Positions 45,439-57,200 of a stretch of DNA of 64,000 nucleotides are shown here, piece by piece. How positions within the stretch are numbered: position 1 is the first letter of the stretch; every line of letters begins with the position of its first letter. The DNA comes from Anaeromyxobacter sp. (GTDB lineage: Bacteria > Myxococcota > Myxococcia > Myxococcales > Anaeromyxobacteraceae). The position numbers and the translations under genes are program-made. The notes below the pieces were generated by a model. It was not told the origin of the DNA. It was given only the letters and a program-made list of their open reading frames with translations, and searched no databases. The stretch lies in the NCBI GenBank assembly GCA_049840735.1, contig JASGJN010000013.1, positions 672,001-736,000 on the forward strand, given 5' to 3'.

Positions 45439-46050
45439 CTGTCCCGCCGCTCCACCACCGCCCGCGCCTTCACGCTCCTGGAGCTGATGGTCGTGATGGT
45501 CATCCTGGCCGGCCTGGCCATGCTGGTGGTGCCGGCCGTGGGGTCCATCACCGGCGCGAACGCGCGCAAGGCAGCGGGTGAGCTGGCGGGATCGATGCGG
45601 GCCCTCTTCGACACGGCCGCGCTGCGGCACGCCACCTGCCGCCTCGCCCTCGACCTGGAGCACCGGGCCTACTGGGCGGAGTGCGCACCCGGCGGCGCCG
45701 CGGTGATGACCAACCCCGACCGCGACGAGAAGGACCTGGCGGATTGCTTCCCGGCCGAGCCGGACGAGGAGATCCGGAAGCTGCTGGCCAGGTCCAAGTT
45801 CGGGCAGTTCAAGGACCGGCTGGTGGAGAAGCGCGAGCTCCCGGGCAGCGCGAAGTTCGGCGAGGTCCACGTGGAGGGGCGGCGCGACGCCTTCTCCAGC
45901 GGGATCGCCTACGTCTACTTCTTCCCCGGCGGCCAGGCCCAGCGCGCCTGGGTGCCGCTGGAGGACGGCAAGAACCTCTACACCATCGTGCTGGAGCCCT
46001 TCACGGGCCGCGCCCAGGTGGTGAACGGGAAGGTGGAGGTGAGCGAGTGA
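45439..46050 (+). CDS. gspH: Minor pseudopilin GspH (possible CTG start)
   Basis: A|FTLLELMVV lies upstream of the first in-frame ATG (45487); YFFPGG, FTGR. Confidence 0.8.
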   Translation: MSRRSTTARAFTLLELMVVMVILAGLAMLVVPAVGSITGANARKAAGELAGSMRALFDTAALRHATCRLALDLEHRAYWAECAPGGAAVMTNPDRDEKDLADCFPAEPDEEIRKLLARSKFGQFKDRLVEKRELPGSAKFGEVHVEGRRDAFSSGIAYVYFFPGGQAQRAWVPLEDGKNLYTIVLEPFTGRAQVVNGKVEVSE

Positions 46051-46748
46051 TCCGCCGCCGCCGCCCTGCCGGCTTCTCGCTGCTGGAGGTGATGATCGCG
46101 CTCGCCATCCTGGCGGCGGCGCTGCTCACCGCCTCGCAGATCACCGCCGCCTCGCTGCGCAACCACCGGCGCGCCATCCAGCTGGAGGTGGCGACCCTGC
46201 TGGCCCGCGGGAAGCTGGCGGAGCTGCAGGACGGCTACGAGCAGACCGGCTTCAAGGGGTTCGACGAGGAGGAGGAGGGCTCCTTCGAGGACGAGGGCCA
46301 CCCCGAGGTGCACTGGAAGGCGCACGTGGCCAGGCCGCGCATCGACCTCTCGCCGGACAAGCTGCTGGCCACGCTCACCGGCGGCGGCGCCAGCGGCGTC
46401 GGCGACCTGGGCAAGCTGCTGGGGCTGCAGGGCCAGGCGCAGGGCGGCAGCTCGAACCAGCCCGCCGGGATGGAGACGCTCTTCCCCGGCGCCGGCGCCA
46501 TGGCGGCCGGGCTGCAGGCGCAGCTGGCCACCATCGGCGAGGAGCTCAAGAGCGGCGTGCGCGAGCTGCGGCTCACCATCTCCTGGCAGGACGGCAAGCA
46601 GGAGGAGTCCTTCACGGTGGTGACGCACCTGGTGGTGCTGGCGCCGCCCGGCGCGGCCCCCATCGTCAACCTCGGCGCGCAGCAGGCGGGCCAGCAGCAG
46701 GGCGGGGACCAGCCCGCCACCGGCCAGCCGGGGGGGAAGACCCAGTGA
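46047..46748 (+). CDS. gspI: Minor pseudopilin GspI
   Basis: G|FSLLEVMIALAIL; operon position. Confidence 0.8.
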   Translation: MIRRRRPAGFSLLEVMIALAILAAALLTASQITAASLRNHRRAIQLEVATLLARGKLAELQDGYEQTGFKGFDEEEEGSFEDEGHPEVHWKAHVARPRIDLSPDKLLATLTGGGASGVGDLGKLLGLQGQAQGGSSNQPAGMETLFPGAGAMAAGLQAQLATIGEELKSGVRELRLTISWQDGKQEESFTVVTHLVVLAPPGAAPIVNLGAQQAGQQQGGDQPATGQPGGKTQ

Positions 46749-47410
46749 CCGCCCCCCGCCGCGCCGCGCGAGGCTTCTCGCTGCTCGAGGTGATGATCGT
46801 CCTCGGGATCCTGGGGCTCATCAGCGGGATGACCATCGGCGTGTTCCGGCAGATCGACACCGCCCGGGCCACGACCGCCGACCAGGGCGACCGCTACGCC
46901 GGCGCCCGGCTGGCGCTGACGCGGCTGTCGCGCGAGCTGTCGATGGCCTTCATCTCCGACCACTTCGACATGCGGCTGCGCGAGCGCCCCACCGCCTTCA
47001 TCGGGCGCGAGGACGGCGTGCTCTTCACCACCTTCGCGCACGAGCGGCTGATGGCCGACGCCCGCGAGTCGGACCAGGCGGTGGTGCAGTACACGCTGGA
47101 GAGCCTGCCGCAGCAGGAGAGCGGGCAGGGGCAGGGGCTCTTCCGCCGCGAGAAGATCCGCCTCGACGAGGACCTGGAGCGCGGCGGCCGCAAGGACCTG
47201 GTGGCCGAGCACGTGCTCTCGATCCGCTTCCGCTACTGGGACCCGCAGAAGAAGGACTGGGTGCGCGAGTGGTCCACCCGCTCCATCGATCGCACCAACG
47301 CGCTCCCCTCCCGCATCCGCATCGACTTGGAGCTGGCGCTGGCCGGCGGCAAGGTCGAGAAGCTCTCCACCGAGACCCGCGTGGCGCTGACGCGCCCCCT
47401 GGACTTCTGA
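46745..47410 (+). CDS. gspJ: Minor pseudopilin GspJ
   Basis: G|FSLLEVMI, FRYWD....WV.EW, LP..IRI.L. Confidence 0.85.
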   Translation: MTAPRRAARGFSLLEVMIVLGILGLISGMTIGVFRQIDTARATTADQGDRYAGARLALTRLSRELSMAFISDHFDMRLRERPTAFIGREDGVLFTTFAHERLMADARESDQAVVQYTLESLPQQESGQGQGLFRREKIRLDEDLERGGRKDLVAEHVLSIRFRYWDPQKKDWVREWSTRSIDRTNALPSRIRIDLELALAGGKVEKLSTETRVALTRPLDF

Positions 47411-48783
47411 TGCGCGCCTCCTCCCCCACCCCGCGCGGCGCAGCGCTGCTCATCGTCCTGGTGGCGATCGCGGTGGTGACCGCGCTGGCCGCCAACCTGG
47501 CCTACGAGACGCGGGTGCGCCTGCAGATCGCGGCCAACGGGCGCGACGCGCTCAAGGCCAGCGCGCAGGCGCAGAGCGGCGTGGCCATGGCGCGGCTGGT
47601 GCTGACGCTGCAAGCCCAGCTGGACCAGAACTCCGGGGCCATGTGCCAGGCCCTCGGGCAGGTCACCAACCTGCTGCAGGGCGGCGCCTCCGGCACCTCC
47701 GGGACCGCCGGAACGGCCGGCGCCGCGGGGGCCGCCGGGGCCGCGGGCGCGGCCGGCGGCGCGGGCTGTCCGCGGCCCCAGCTCTGGAGCCTGGTGCCGG
47801 TCGGCTCGACGCTCACCGACATGCTCTTCCCGCCCGAGGACGGGAGCGAGGCGCAGGCCCGCGAGCCCGAAGACGGGCCCGCCGTGCGCGCGGCGGAGCC
47901 CGGCGAGGAGGGCAGCTACCAGGCCACCATCGAGGACGAGGGGCAGAAGATCAACCTGCAGTTCGACGGCCTGATCCAGTCGGGTAACACCATCGGGCCG
48001 CAGGTCACCGCGCTGCTGCAGCTCACCTGCGATCCGAAGTGGGACCCGCTCTTCGACCGCGAGGACGAGGCCGGCCAGCGCTGGAACCGGGGCGACCTGC
48101 TCATCCACCTGCGCGACTTCGTGGACGACGACCAGGGGTCCTCGGGGCTCAAGGTCTCCTTCCCCAGCGCAGGCTGCTCGTTCCAGGTCCCGGCGGCCCC
48201 CATCGAGCAGGGGTTCGGTGGCGAGAACGGCCCCTACGATCGCGGCCAGGACCGCTACAAGGTGAAGAACGCGCGCTTCGACTCGCTGGAGGAGCTGCAC
48301 CTGGTGGCCGGCGTGAGCGAGGCCTTCATGGCCGCCTTCGGCGACCAGGTGACCGTCTACATGCCGCGGGACTCCGGCATGAACGTGAACAGCAAGGACC
48401 CGCGGCAGCAGCTGAACATCGCCAAGACCATGGCCGACCCGGCCTCGCTGGCCGCCGTGAACGACCCGGAGTTCGCCGCCCGCCTCACCAAGGCCATCAG
48501 CGACATGACCATGGGCGGCTTCATGACCATCACCCCGGTCCAGTTCGCCGGCATCGTCCAGTCGCTGGGCGTGACGGTCCGCAACGAGTACGTGGCGCAG
48601 ACGCAGAACAACGCCTTCACCGACCGCTCGATGGTGTTCCACATCCGGGCCTCCGGCACCGCCGGCGCCGTCACCAAGCGCATCGACGCGGTGGTCACCT
48701 TCGATCCCAACCAGAACCGGATCACCGACCCCGCGGCCGGGCAGGCCGTGGCCGGGCGGCTCATCCGCTGGCGCGAGGAGTAG
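47410..48783 (+). CDS. gspK: Minor pseudopilin GspK
   Basis: G|AALLIVL, IEDE..KINL, FDSLEEL.LV.G. Confidence 0.88.
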   Translation: MRASSPTPRGAALLIVLVAIAVVTALAANLAYETRVRLQIAANGRDALKASAQAQSGVAMARLVLTLQAQLDQNSGAMCQALGQVTNLLQGGASGTSGTAGTAGAAGAAGAAGAAGGAGCPRPQLWSLVPVGSTLTDMLFPPEDGSEAQAREPEDGPAVRAAEPGEEGSYQATIEDEGQKINLQFDGLIQSGNTIGPQVTALLQLTCDPKWDPLFDREDEAGQRWNRGDLLIHLRDFVDDDQGSSGLKVSFPSAGCSFQVPAAPIEQGFGGENGPYDRGQDRYKVKNARFDSLEELHLVAGVSEAFMAAFGDQVTVYMPRDSGMNVNSKDPRQQLNIAKTMADPASLAAVNDPEFAARLTKAISDMTMGGFMTITPVQFAGIVQSLGVTVRNEYVAQTQNNAFTDRSMVFHIRASGTAGAVTKRIDAVVTFDPNQNRITDPAAGQAVAGRLIRWREE

Positions 48784-48787
48784 ACGC

Positions 48788-50431
48788 ATGTCGCAGATGA
48801 TCCTGGGGCTCGACCTGGGCGCCACGGCGGTGAGGGCGGTGCTGCTGGAGAGCACCTACCGCGGCTTCGCCGTGGCGGGGCGCTCGCAGGTCCGCGTCGC
48901 GGCCGGCGGGCCGGACGCGCCGCCGCTCTTGGCGCGGCAGGCGGCGGCGGTCGAGGCGCTGCTGGCGGCGGAGGGCTGGAGGCCGGACGACGTGCTGGTG
49001 GCGGTCCCGGGCGCCGGCATGGCCGCGAGCCTGGTCTCCCTCCCCTTCACCGATCAGCGCCGCATCGAGCAGACCATCGCCTTCGAGGTGGAGGGGCAGC
49101 TCCCCTTCGAGCTGGACACGGTGGCCTGGGACTGGCAGCCGCTGGCGCCGGCCCGCGCCGAGCGCTCCGACCTGCTGGTGGGCGTGGCGCGCAAGGAGGA
49201 GCTGGCGGCGCTCCTGGCGGCGCTGCAGCCCGCCGGGCTCGACCCGCGCATGGTGATCCCGCCCGCGCCGGCCTACGCCGCGCTGGTGGCGCTGGGCGGG
49301 CTGGACGCCACCCGGCCCGCGGCCGAGGAGGGCGCGCCGCCGGAGGCGGGCACCGCGCTCGTCATCGACATGGGCGCGGAGCGGACCAGCCTCTGCTTCG
49401 CCTCCGCGGCCGGCTGCGAGGCGGCCCGCAGCTTCGCCTTCGGCGCCGGCGCGCTGGCCCGCAGCCTGGTGCGCGCGCTGGGCATCACCGAGGCCGAGGC
49501 GCAGCTGGCGCTCTCCGCCGAGGCCCAGGGCGAGCCGCTCCCGGAGCCCCTGGCCGAGCGGCTGGGCGATCCGCGCGCCGGGGCGGCCCTGCAGGCGGGC
49601 CTGGCCCCGCTGGTGCGCGAGCTGCGCGCCACCCTGCGCGCCTGGCGCGCCCGCAGCGGCGGCAAGCTGGCGCGGGTGCACCTGGCCGGCGCGCTGGCCG
49701 GGCTGCCCGGGCTGCCCGAGCTGCTGGCGCCGGAGGTGGACGCGCCGGTGGCGCCGCTGGCGCTTGGCCCGCTGCCGGGCGTGGCGCTCCCGCCGGAGGA
49801 GACCCCGGCGCTGGCCCTGGCCCTCTCGCTGGCGCTGCGAGGCCACCAGGGCGCCCGCGGCCCGCGCCTCAACCTGCGCCGCGGGGCGCTGGCCTTCACG
49901 CGCGACTTCGAGCACCTCAAGGGCCGGGTGGTCCGCCTGGCGGTCTTCGGCGGGCTGATCCTGGTCCTGGCGGTGGTCAGCGCCGGGGTGAAGCTCTTCG
50001 CCCTCTCGCACCAGGAGGCGCTGCTCGACCGCGCCCTCTGCGACGCCGAGACCAGCATCCTGGGCAAGTGCTACGACGACCCCGCGCAGGCGGAGGCGGA
50101 GCTGCGCGGCAGGGGGACCCTGGGCGCCTCGCTGCCCAAGGCCACCGCGGTGGACCTGCTGGCCGATTCCTCGCAGCGCGTGCCGGTGGACGTGAAGGTC
50201 CGCTTCGACCGGATCGACATCACCCGCGAGAAGCTGCACCTCGAGGGCACCACCGCCGACGCCGCCAGCGTGGATCGGATCGTGAGCGGGCTGCAGGCCT
50301 CGCGCTGCTTCAAGGACGCCCGATCGGGCGCGTCCCACAAGCGGCCGGATGGCCGGTTCGAGTTCTCCGTGGACGCAGGCCTGTCCTGCCTCGAGACGGG
50401 CGTCGACGGCGGCGCCGGCGGGAGGGGCTGA
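48788..50431 (+). CDS. gspL: GspL (PilM-like actin-fold cytoplasmic domain)
   Basis: LGLDLGA..V, LPF, VIDMGA..T, NLR.G, TM, periplasmic domain. Confidence 0.8.
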   Translation: MSQMILGLDLGATAVRAVLLESTYRGFAVAGRSQVRVAAGGPDAPPLLARQAAAVEALLAAEGWRPDDVLVAVPGAGMAASLVSLPFTDQRRIEQTIAFEVEGQLPFELDTVAWDWQPLAPARAERSDLLVGVARKEELAALLAALQPAGLDPRMVIPPAPAYAALVALGGLDATRPAAEEGAPPEAGTALVIDMGAERTSLCFASAAGCEAARSFAFGAGALARSLVRALGITEAEAQLALSAEAQGEPLPEPLAERLGDPRAGAALQAGLAPLVRELRATLRAWRARSGGKLARVHLAGALAGLPGLPELLAPEVDAPVAPLALGPLPGVALPPEETPALALALSLALRGHQGARGPRLNLRRGALAFTRDFEHLKGRVVRLAVFGGLILVLAVVSAGVKLFALSHQEALLDRALCDAETSILGKCYDDPAQAEAELRGRGTLGASLPKATAVDLLADSSQRVPVDVKVRFDRIDITREKLHLEGTTADAASVDRIVSGLQASRCFKDARSGASHKRPDGRFEFSVDAGLSCLETGVDGGAGGRG

Positions 50432-50432
50432 G

Positions 50433-50993
50433 ATGGAACGCCTTCGCAAGCTGCAGGCCGACCTGGCCGCCTGGTTCGCCAAGCTCAACCCGCGCGAGCG
50501 GGTCATGGTCAGCGCCGCCGCCGTGGCGGTGGCCCTCTTCGTGGTCTGGCTGGTCTCGATGCAGATCGGGCGCGGGCTCACCGCCCGCGAGCAGCGCATC
50601 GGCGACAAGACCCAGTTCCTGGCGCAGATCGGCAAGCTGGCCGACGGCTACCACCAGCGCAAGGCCGAGCGCGCCGCGCTGGAGGCCCGGCTGCGCGCGC
50701 CGCCGGTCCAGCTCCTCACCTTCGTCACGACCAAGGGCCAGGCCCTCTCCATCGACGTGGGCGACGTCAGGCCGGTGACCACGCCGGGCGACGTGGAGGG
50801 GCTGGTGGAGGAGTCGGCCGAGATCAACCTGGCCAAGGTGGAGCTGGCGCGGCTGGCGCGCTTCCTCCAGTCGCTGGAGCACGACCAGGGCGTGGTGCGC
50901 GTGCGCCGCATCCGGCTCACCACCCGCGCCGACGACACCAAGCTGGTGGACGCCACCTTCACCGTCTCCACGTACCGGCTCAAGGGGAGCTGA
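50433..50993 (+). CDS. gspM: GspM
   Basis: L.PRER..V + TM, ferredoxin-like C-terminus. Confidence 0.8.
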   Translation: MERLRKLQADLAAWFAKLNPRERVMVSAAAVAVALFVVWLVSMQIGRGLTAREQRIGDKTQFLAQIGKLADGYHQRKAERAALEARLRAPPVQLLTFVTTKGQALSIDVGDVRPVTTPGDVEGLVEESAEINLAKVELARLARFLQSLEHDQGVVRVRRIRLTTRADDTKLVDATFTVSTYRLKGS

Positions 50994-50999
50994 TCCGCC

Positions 51000-51941
51000 A
51001 TGCCCAAGCACCTCGACTGGCGCCTCCTCCACTGGCTGGGCCGCAAGCCGCGCCTGCTCTACGGCGCGTTCGTGGCGATCGCGTTCATCGTCTCCCTGCG
51101 CCTCACCTTCCCCTCCGAGGCGGTGAAGGAGCGGCTGGTCTACGAGGTGGGCCGCCAGGGCTGGCAGCTCAACTGGCAGGCTGGCCAGGGCGGCGAGCTC
51201 GGGCCGGCCGGGATGCTGGGCCTCCACGCCACCAGCTTCGAGCTGGAGGACCGGACCGGGCTCAAGATCCCCATCGACGAGATGACCGTGACGCTGCGCC
51301 CCCTGCCGCTCCTGATCGGCCGGCGCGTGGCCGGGATCGACGCGCGGGCCTACGGCGGGCGGCTGAAGGGGACCGTGGCGCTCTCCGGGGCCGAGCGCCC
51401 CGTGGACCTGGAGCTGACCGACCTCGACCTCGGCCAGGCCGTGCGCCTCCGCCAGGCCACCGGCCTGCAGGTGAAGGGCGTGGCCAGGGGGCAGGTGGAC
51501 GTGGTCCTGGTCGCGGACGGGAAGCACACCGGCCAGGTGAACCTGGACCTCGCCGGCGTGGACGTGGCCGGCGCGCAGGTCCCCATCCCCGGCATGGGCA
51601 GCGGCCTCCCGCTGCCGCGGCTGGCGCTCGGGAACGTGACGCTTGCCGCCAAGATGGAGAACGGCAAGGCCACCGCCGAGAAGCTCCAGACCCGCGGCGG
51701 CGACGCCGAGCTGACCGCCGACGGCGCCTACGCGGTGCTCTCGCCGCGGATCGACGGCGTGCTGCTCAACGGCAACGTGAAGCTCAAGCTGCAGGACAGC
51801 TTCTGGACCAAGCCCGAGACCTCCAGCTTCCGCGGCCTGGTCGAGAACAGCCTGCCCCACGGGCCGGACGGGACCTACGCGTTCCAGCTGTCGGGGACGC
51901 TCACGCACCCGAACCTGCAGCCGGCGAGGAATCCGCAGTAG
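51000..51941 (+). CDS. gspN: GspN (deltaproteobacterial type)
   Basis: N-terminal TM ending LTFP, beta-rich body, LSGTL..P end; last gene of operon. Confidence 0.75.
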   Translation: MPKHLDWRLLHWLGRKPRLLYGAFVAIAFIVSLRLTFPSEAVKERLVYEVGRQGWQLNWQAGQGGELGPAGMLGLHATSFELEDRTGLKIPIDEMTVTLRPLPLLIGRRVAGIDARAYGGRLKGTVALSGAERPVDLELTDLDLGQAVRLRQATGLQVKGVARGQVDVVLVADGKHTGQVNLDLAGVDVAGAQVPIPGMGSGLPLPRLALGNVTLAAKMENGKATAEKLQTRGGDAELTADGAYAVLSPRIDGVLLNGNVKLKLQDSFWTKPETSSFRGLVENSLPHGPDGTYAFQLSGTLTHPNLQPARNPQ

Positions 51942-53811
51942 CGGGCCATCGGGCCAACGAGCCCCGGCGCTGGCGAAGGCCGCGTCCACATGCCGGCGCG
52001 ACTGGCGCGCGTTAGCGGACGGCTTCCCGGGCCTTGGCGCTCCCAAGCGGCCCTTCGCGTGCGCCCAGGGCTGGGGTTTCCCCCGCCGGCGGCGCGGCGT
52101 TTCGACCCACAGCGAAGTTCGCCAGGCATTCTGGAGCACGCCGCATGTAACGTTCGCGCGTGCCGCGCCCGAGCGATCGGAGCGTGTGCCGGGGAGGCAA
52201 GCTTGCTCACCATCGTCCCGAGACGGTCGAACCGGTGTGCGTCGCGCGCGCTGGGCGTCATCCCGCATCTTGCCGCGCTCTTGCTCTCTCTCGGATGCGG
52301 GCAGGAACCGCCGGCCACAGAGCCACCGCGAGCCACGCCCCAGGCTTCAGACGTTGGGGCCCAAGCAGGCGAAGCCGTGGCCTACGAGTACGACGGCGCC
52401 GGTAACATCATCACGGTCACTGCCAGCCCAATCGCGAGCCTCACCCTGACCGATTTCAGCCCGCACGCGGGCGGATTCGGCCAGATCGTCACCGTCCATG
52501 GGTCAGGCTTCGGACCATCGACGATCCTGGGCGACGTGATGCTCGGCGACACCCGCATCACGCCGATCGCGACCACTGCCTCCATGATCACGTTCGCCGT
52601 GCCTGAAGGCGCGGCCAGTGGCAGGATCACCGTCGAGGCGGGAGAAAGAACGGTCACCAGCTCAGCCGATTTCACGGTCATCCCGGACGTCAGGGTGACG
52701 GACTTCTGGCCAAAGGCCGCGCCCGTTGGCGCCCTGGTCACGGTTTCCGGGTTCAATTTCGACCGCACCACCACCAACAACACCCTCCAGATCGGCGCGG
52801 GACAGGTTGCGGTCCAGAGCGCCTCGCTGAACTCGCTGACGACTCGGCCCTCGATTGCGGCCACCACCGGAAGGATCACCGTAAGCAACACTCGCGGCTC
52901 CGGCACCAGCTCCGGATTCTTCTTCCTTCTTCCCAATGGCTACGAATCCTCGGACGTGGAATTCACGGCAGAACTTCCCGGAACCCAGCCTGTCACCGCG
53001 ACGACCTCCACAGCCCAACGGGTCGCTGTGCTCGAGTTCGAGGGGACCAAGGGCGAATACGTCACCTTGTTCGTGGGCAACGTCACCTATCCGGGCTCGA
53101 CGGCGATCAAGGTATACGTTCCAGGCGGTGGCCTGATCTACTCGGGAACAGTCACGGCTGCGGCTTCGACCAAGCACGCGTTGCCACCTCTGCCGATCAC
53201 TGGCGCGTACACCGTGGTGCTCGATCCCGCCTCCAACGCGACGGGTTCGGCGGCCATCCAGCACCTATCGAATGTGGTGGTCGCCCTCACTCCAGGGGAT
53301 GCCGCACCACCGCTCTCATTCGCCCCAGGCCAGAACGGCCACTACACGTTCAGTGGCTCCGCCGGCGACCTCCTGAACCTTGGCTGCAGCTCAGTCTCGC
53401 CTGCGCCCTCCAACAGCACGCTGACCTTCACCCTGTACGGGCCGAGCGATGCGAATCTCTGGAGCCGAACCATCTCTGCGCCCACCGGGGCAGCTCTTCC
53501 GGCGCTCCCGTCCACCGGCACCTACCGGATGGCGGTCACGCCATCTGGAACGGCCGGCGGCTCAGTGACTTGCATGCTCACTGCGCCGGACTTCGGGACG
53601 GTCGTGGTGGATGCTGACGCCACCGCATTCCAGAACGACACGGTCGGCCAGCAAGGGCGGTTCATGTTCACCGCGGACGCCGGCTATGTACTCGGCCTCG
53701 CCCTGACATCCTACTCCGTCTCGCCCGATGCAGGCTCACTGAGCCTGACAGTGTATGCGCCCGGCGGAGCCAAGGTCTGGAGCGCGTCTGCGAGCACGGT
53801 GCGCAGCTGGC

Positions 53812-55505
53812 CAGACCTGATTCCCGCTGACCCGTCGTCTCGCGATTCTCGCGCCTGGGGCGCTTGAGAGTCCAACTCGCGCCGAGACGAGGGTGATTTT
53901 CGTGGCGCGGGGCCGACTCCGCCCGCCGTCGCCTCGGATTCCTGATCGGCAAGATCGACGCCGCGATCCACCTCGGCGATCATCCCGCCCGCGCAAAAGG
54001 AGAAGGGGTGGAGGCTATGCGGGCCCCCACCCCCAAAGACGGCCGAACTCGCGCAAAACGAGAAGAGGCCGAGAGGCAGGAGATCATGCCGATCACCGAA
54101 ACACAAGCCCGACGTGCCCTGCGGCACGCCGACATCCCGTGGGACCACGGAGTCGAGGACCCTCGCGAGGAGGCCTGGGTCGTCCACGACCACCTGGGCC
54201 TGCTGGGAGGCCTGGCCGCCGCGTTCTCCGTGGGCTGTCGGACGCTGCGGCGCGCCGAGGACTTCTTTGCCGACCTCGGCCTGGGCGCTCGCCGCGCGCT
54301 GGGACTCCCGGTCGCGGGGAAGCCGTGCGACACCACCCTCTACCGCCTGCTCGCCCAGCAGGACCCAGCCGGCCTGGAGGAGACCGTCTTCGCGCAGGCG
54401 AAGGATTCTCGTCGCCCGCAAGGTGGCCAGGAACGATCGTTTCCCGGTCGGCGTGATGAGCTTCGACGGCAAGGGGACCTGGTCCCGGATCGACGGCGAG
54501 GAGCTGCCCGGCGCCCTGCAGTCGGCCTACGACGCCGCGGGATCCTCGCTGCAGACCTTCGGCGCCCTCCGCGCCGCGCTGACCTCCTCCTCCGCCTGCC
54601 TCTGCGTCGGACAGCGGATCATCGGCTCCAAGGAGGGCGAGTCCCCCGCCTTCCGGGAACTGCTCCCCAAGATCCACGAGGCGCTGGGCGGGCAGTTCCG
54701 CATCGTCACCGGCGACGCAGGCCTCTGCGCCCGCGAGAACGCGGAGCTCGTGAGCTCGCTCGGCTGCTGGTACCTGTTCGGCCTCAAGGGCAACCAGCCG
54801 TACCTGCACGCCTTCGCCCGCGAGCACGGCGAGTACACGATTGGTGACCCGGTCGCCCGGACCACCGAGCGGTACAGAGGTAACGTCGTGGTGCGGGAGC
54901 TCTACGTCCGCGACGTCGCCGGCAGCCCCTCCGTCGTCATGGAGGGCGCCCAGCAGCTTTGGTACGTCTGCCAGACCACGACCGACCGGCGCGGCGAGAT
55001 CGTGGCGGTCGAGCAGCGGTACTTCGTCACCTCGATCCCCACCGGGACCCTGACCCGGGACCAGGAGCTGGCGCTCGTCCGTCTGCACTGGGGGATCGAG
55101 AACCGCTGCCACTGGACCCTGGACGTGGTGCTGGGCGAGGACGATGGCCACCCCTGCCAGGCGAACCGGGCCGCCATCGAGACCGTCAGCTGGCTGCGGA
55201 TCATCGGCTACAACGCGCTGAGCGCCTGGCGGGCCCTGGCGCCTCGCAAGGACGGCGGCCCCATCGCCTGGGCCCGTGCCGCGGAGACCCTCCGCGACGC
55301 GCTGCTCGCCGCCCGCGTCGCCGATCAGCACGGGCCCGCTGTCGTCACCTGAACCACCGGCCCGCAGGCCGCCCCTTCTTCATTGCGCGCTGACAACCTG
55401 ACCCGTCCCGCGGCCGACGCCGCTGGGCGACCTGCGTCCCGCCGCTGAGAGTGCGGCGCCGAGATACCGGCGAAGCTCATCCCGCGTCAGCGCGGATCGG
55501 GTCTG
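53812..55505 (+). mobile_element. ISAs1-family insertion sequence, 1694 bp
   Basis: Imperfect 20-bp TIRs CAGACCTGATTCCCGCTGAC / CAGACCCGATCCGCGCTGAC; 11-bp TSD GCGCAGCTGGC at 53801-53811 and 55506-55516. Confidence 0.9.
54086..55352 (+). CDS. ISAs1-family DDE transposase (apparent frameshift near 54406)
   Basis: DGK, VTGDA..C, LKGNQP.L, RYFVTS, R.HWGIEN..HW.LDV...ED. Confidence 0.88.
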
Positions 55506-55639
55506 GCGCAGCTGGCAACTGCCTGCACTCACGGCTTCAGGGGTCTACACCTTGGTTGCGCAGCCCAGCGGCGCTGCGCTGGTCTCGGCGCACATTCTCC
55601 TATCCAAGGGGATGTCTGGAGCGCTCGCGGCGGACGGGA

Positions 55640-57200
55640 CAACGCTGCGCTACTCGACCACGCGACCTGGGCAAGCCGGGCGGTACACCTTCACCGGAAC
55701 CGCGGGGCAGCGCTTCGCGCTTCGCGCGACCGTGGCGTCGGGCTTCAGCACCTACGGCGCCACCGTGACCGTCGACCAGCCCAACGGCGTGACCATCGTG
55801 GCCACGCAGTTCTCGACCGGCCTTGATCAGCGGCTCAACCTGGGAGCCCTCACCGCCACAGGCAGCTACACCGTTGCCGTGGTGCCCAGCGCGCTGCAGA
55901 CCGGGGCCATCGACTTGTCGCTGATCGAGGGCGCGACAGGCACCCTTTCGATCGGAGGCGCTGCCCAACCCCTCAGCCTCGCCGCAGCCCAGAGCGGGCG
56001 CTACACGTTCAACGGCAATGCAGGGGACTGGCTGGGCCTGGCAGTGACGTCCGTGGCGATAACCCCTGCCGGCACTGCCAACATTTCGCTCCTGAAGCCG
56101 GACGGATCGTCCCTCTGGAGCAGCACCCTCTCAGCCTCCTCCACAAGCTGGCAGCCGGGACAGCTCCCCTCCAGCGGCACCTACACGCTCGCAGTCACTC
56201 CCTCCGGCACATCGTCCTTCTCTTTCTCGCCATTGCTGTCGAATGCTTTGATCGGCACCATCGCGCCGAGCGGCGCGGTGACGAGGTACGAGACCGCCCG
56301 CCCTGGTCAGGCGGGGCGTTATACATTCACCGGAACCGCGGGGCAGCGGTTCACGCTCCGCGCCACCATCGCCTCCGGTTTCAGCACCAACGGCGCCGTC
56401 GTCACGGTCTACCAGCCCAGCGGCACGGCCATCGTGAACACACAGTTTTCGACCGGCATCGACCAGAAGCTCGATCTCGGAGCCCTGCCCTCCACCGGCA
56501 CCTACACAGTCGGAGTAGTGCCGGCGTCACTCCAGACGGGGTCGATCAACTTGTCCCTCATTGAGGGCGCGACCGCTGCGCTCTCCATCGGAAGCGCAAC
56601 ACAGGGCGTGACGATTTCTGCAGCCCAGAACGGACGCTATACGTTCAGCGGAAACGCCGGCGACTGGCTTGGCATGGCAGTCACCGCCGTGACGATCACG
56701 CCGACGGGTTCCGCCAACATTTCCATCCGGAATCCGGACGGGACCATATTGTGGAGCGGCTTCCTCTCGGCCTCCTCCACCACTTGGCAACCCGGGCTGC
56801 TTCCGTCAAGCGGCATCTATACGCTCGTCGTCACTCCCCCAGGCACGTCCTCCTGCTCGTTCTCCGTGATGCTGTCGAACGCCCTGACTGGCGCGCTCAC
56901 CAGCGGAGGCGTGACGAGGCATGAGACTGCCCGGGAGGGACAGGCGGGTCGCTACACGTTCACCGGAACCGCGGGACAGCGCTTCACGCTTCGCGCCGCC
57001 ATGATTTCGGGCTTCGGCACCTATGGCGCCACCGTGACGGTGTACCAGCCCAGCGGCGCGTCCATCGCGTACACGCAGTTCTCGACCGGAACCGACCAGA
57101 CCTTGAGCCTTGCAGCGCTGCCCGCCACCGGGACCTACACGGTGGCGGTCGTCCCGAACGCACTCAAGACCGGGACCATCGACCTCAGCCTGGTGGTCCA
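55640..57200 (+). repeat. Internal coding repeat, about 212-aa unit, about 2.5 copies
   Basis: TTCACCGGAACCGCGGG at 55690, 56326, 56959 (periods 636 and 633 nt). Confidence 0.85.
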
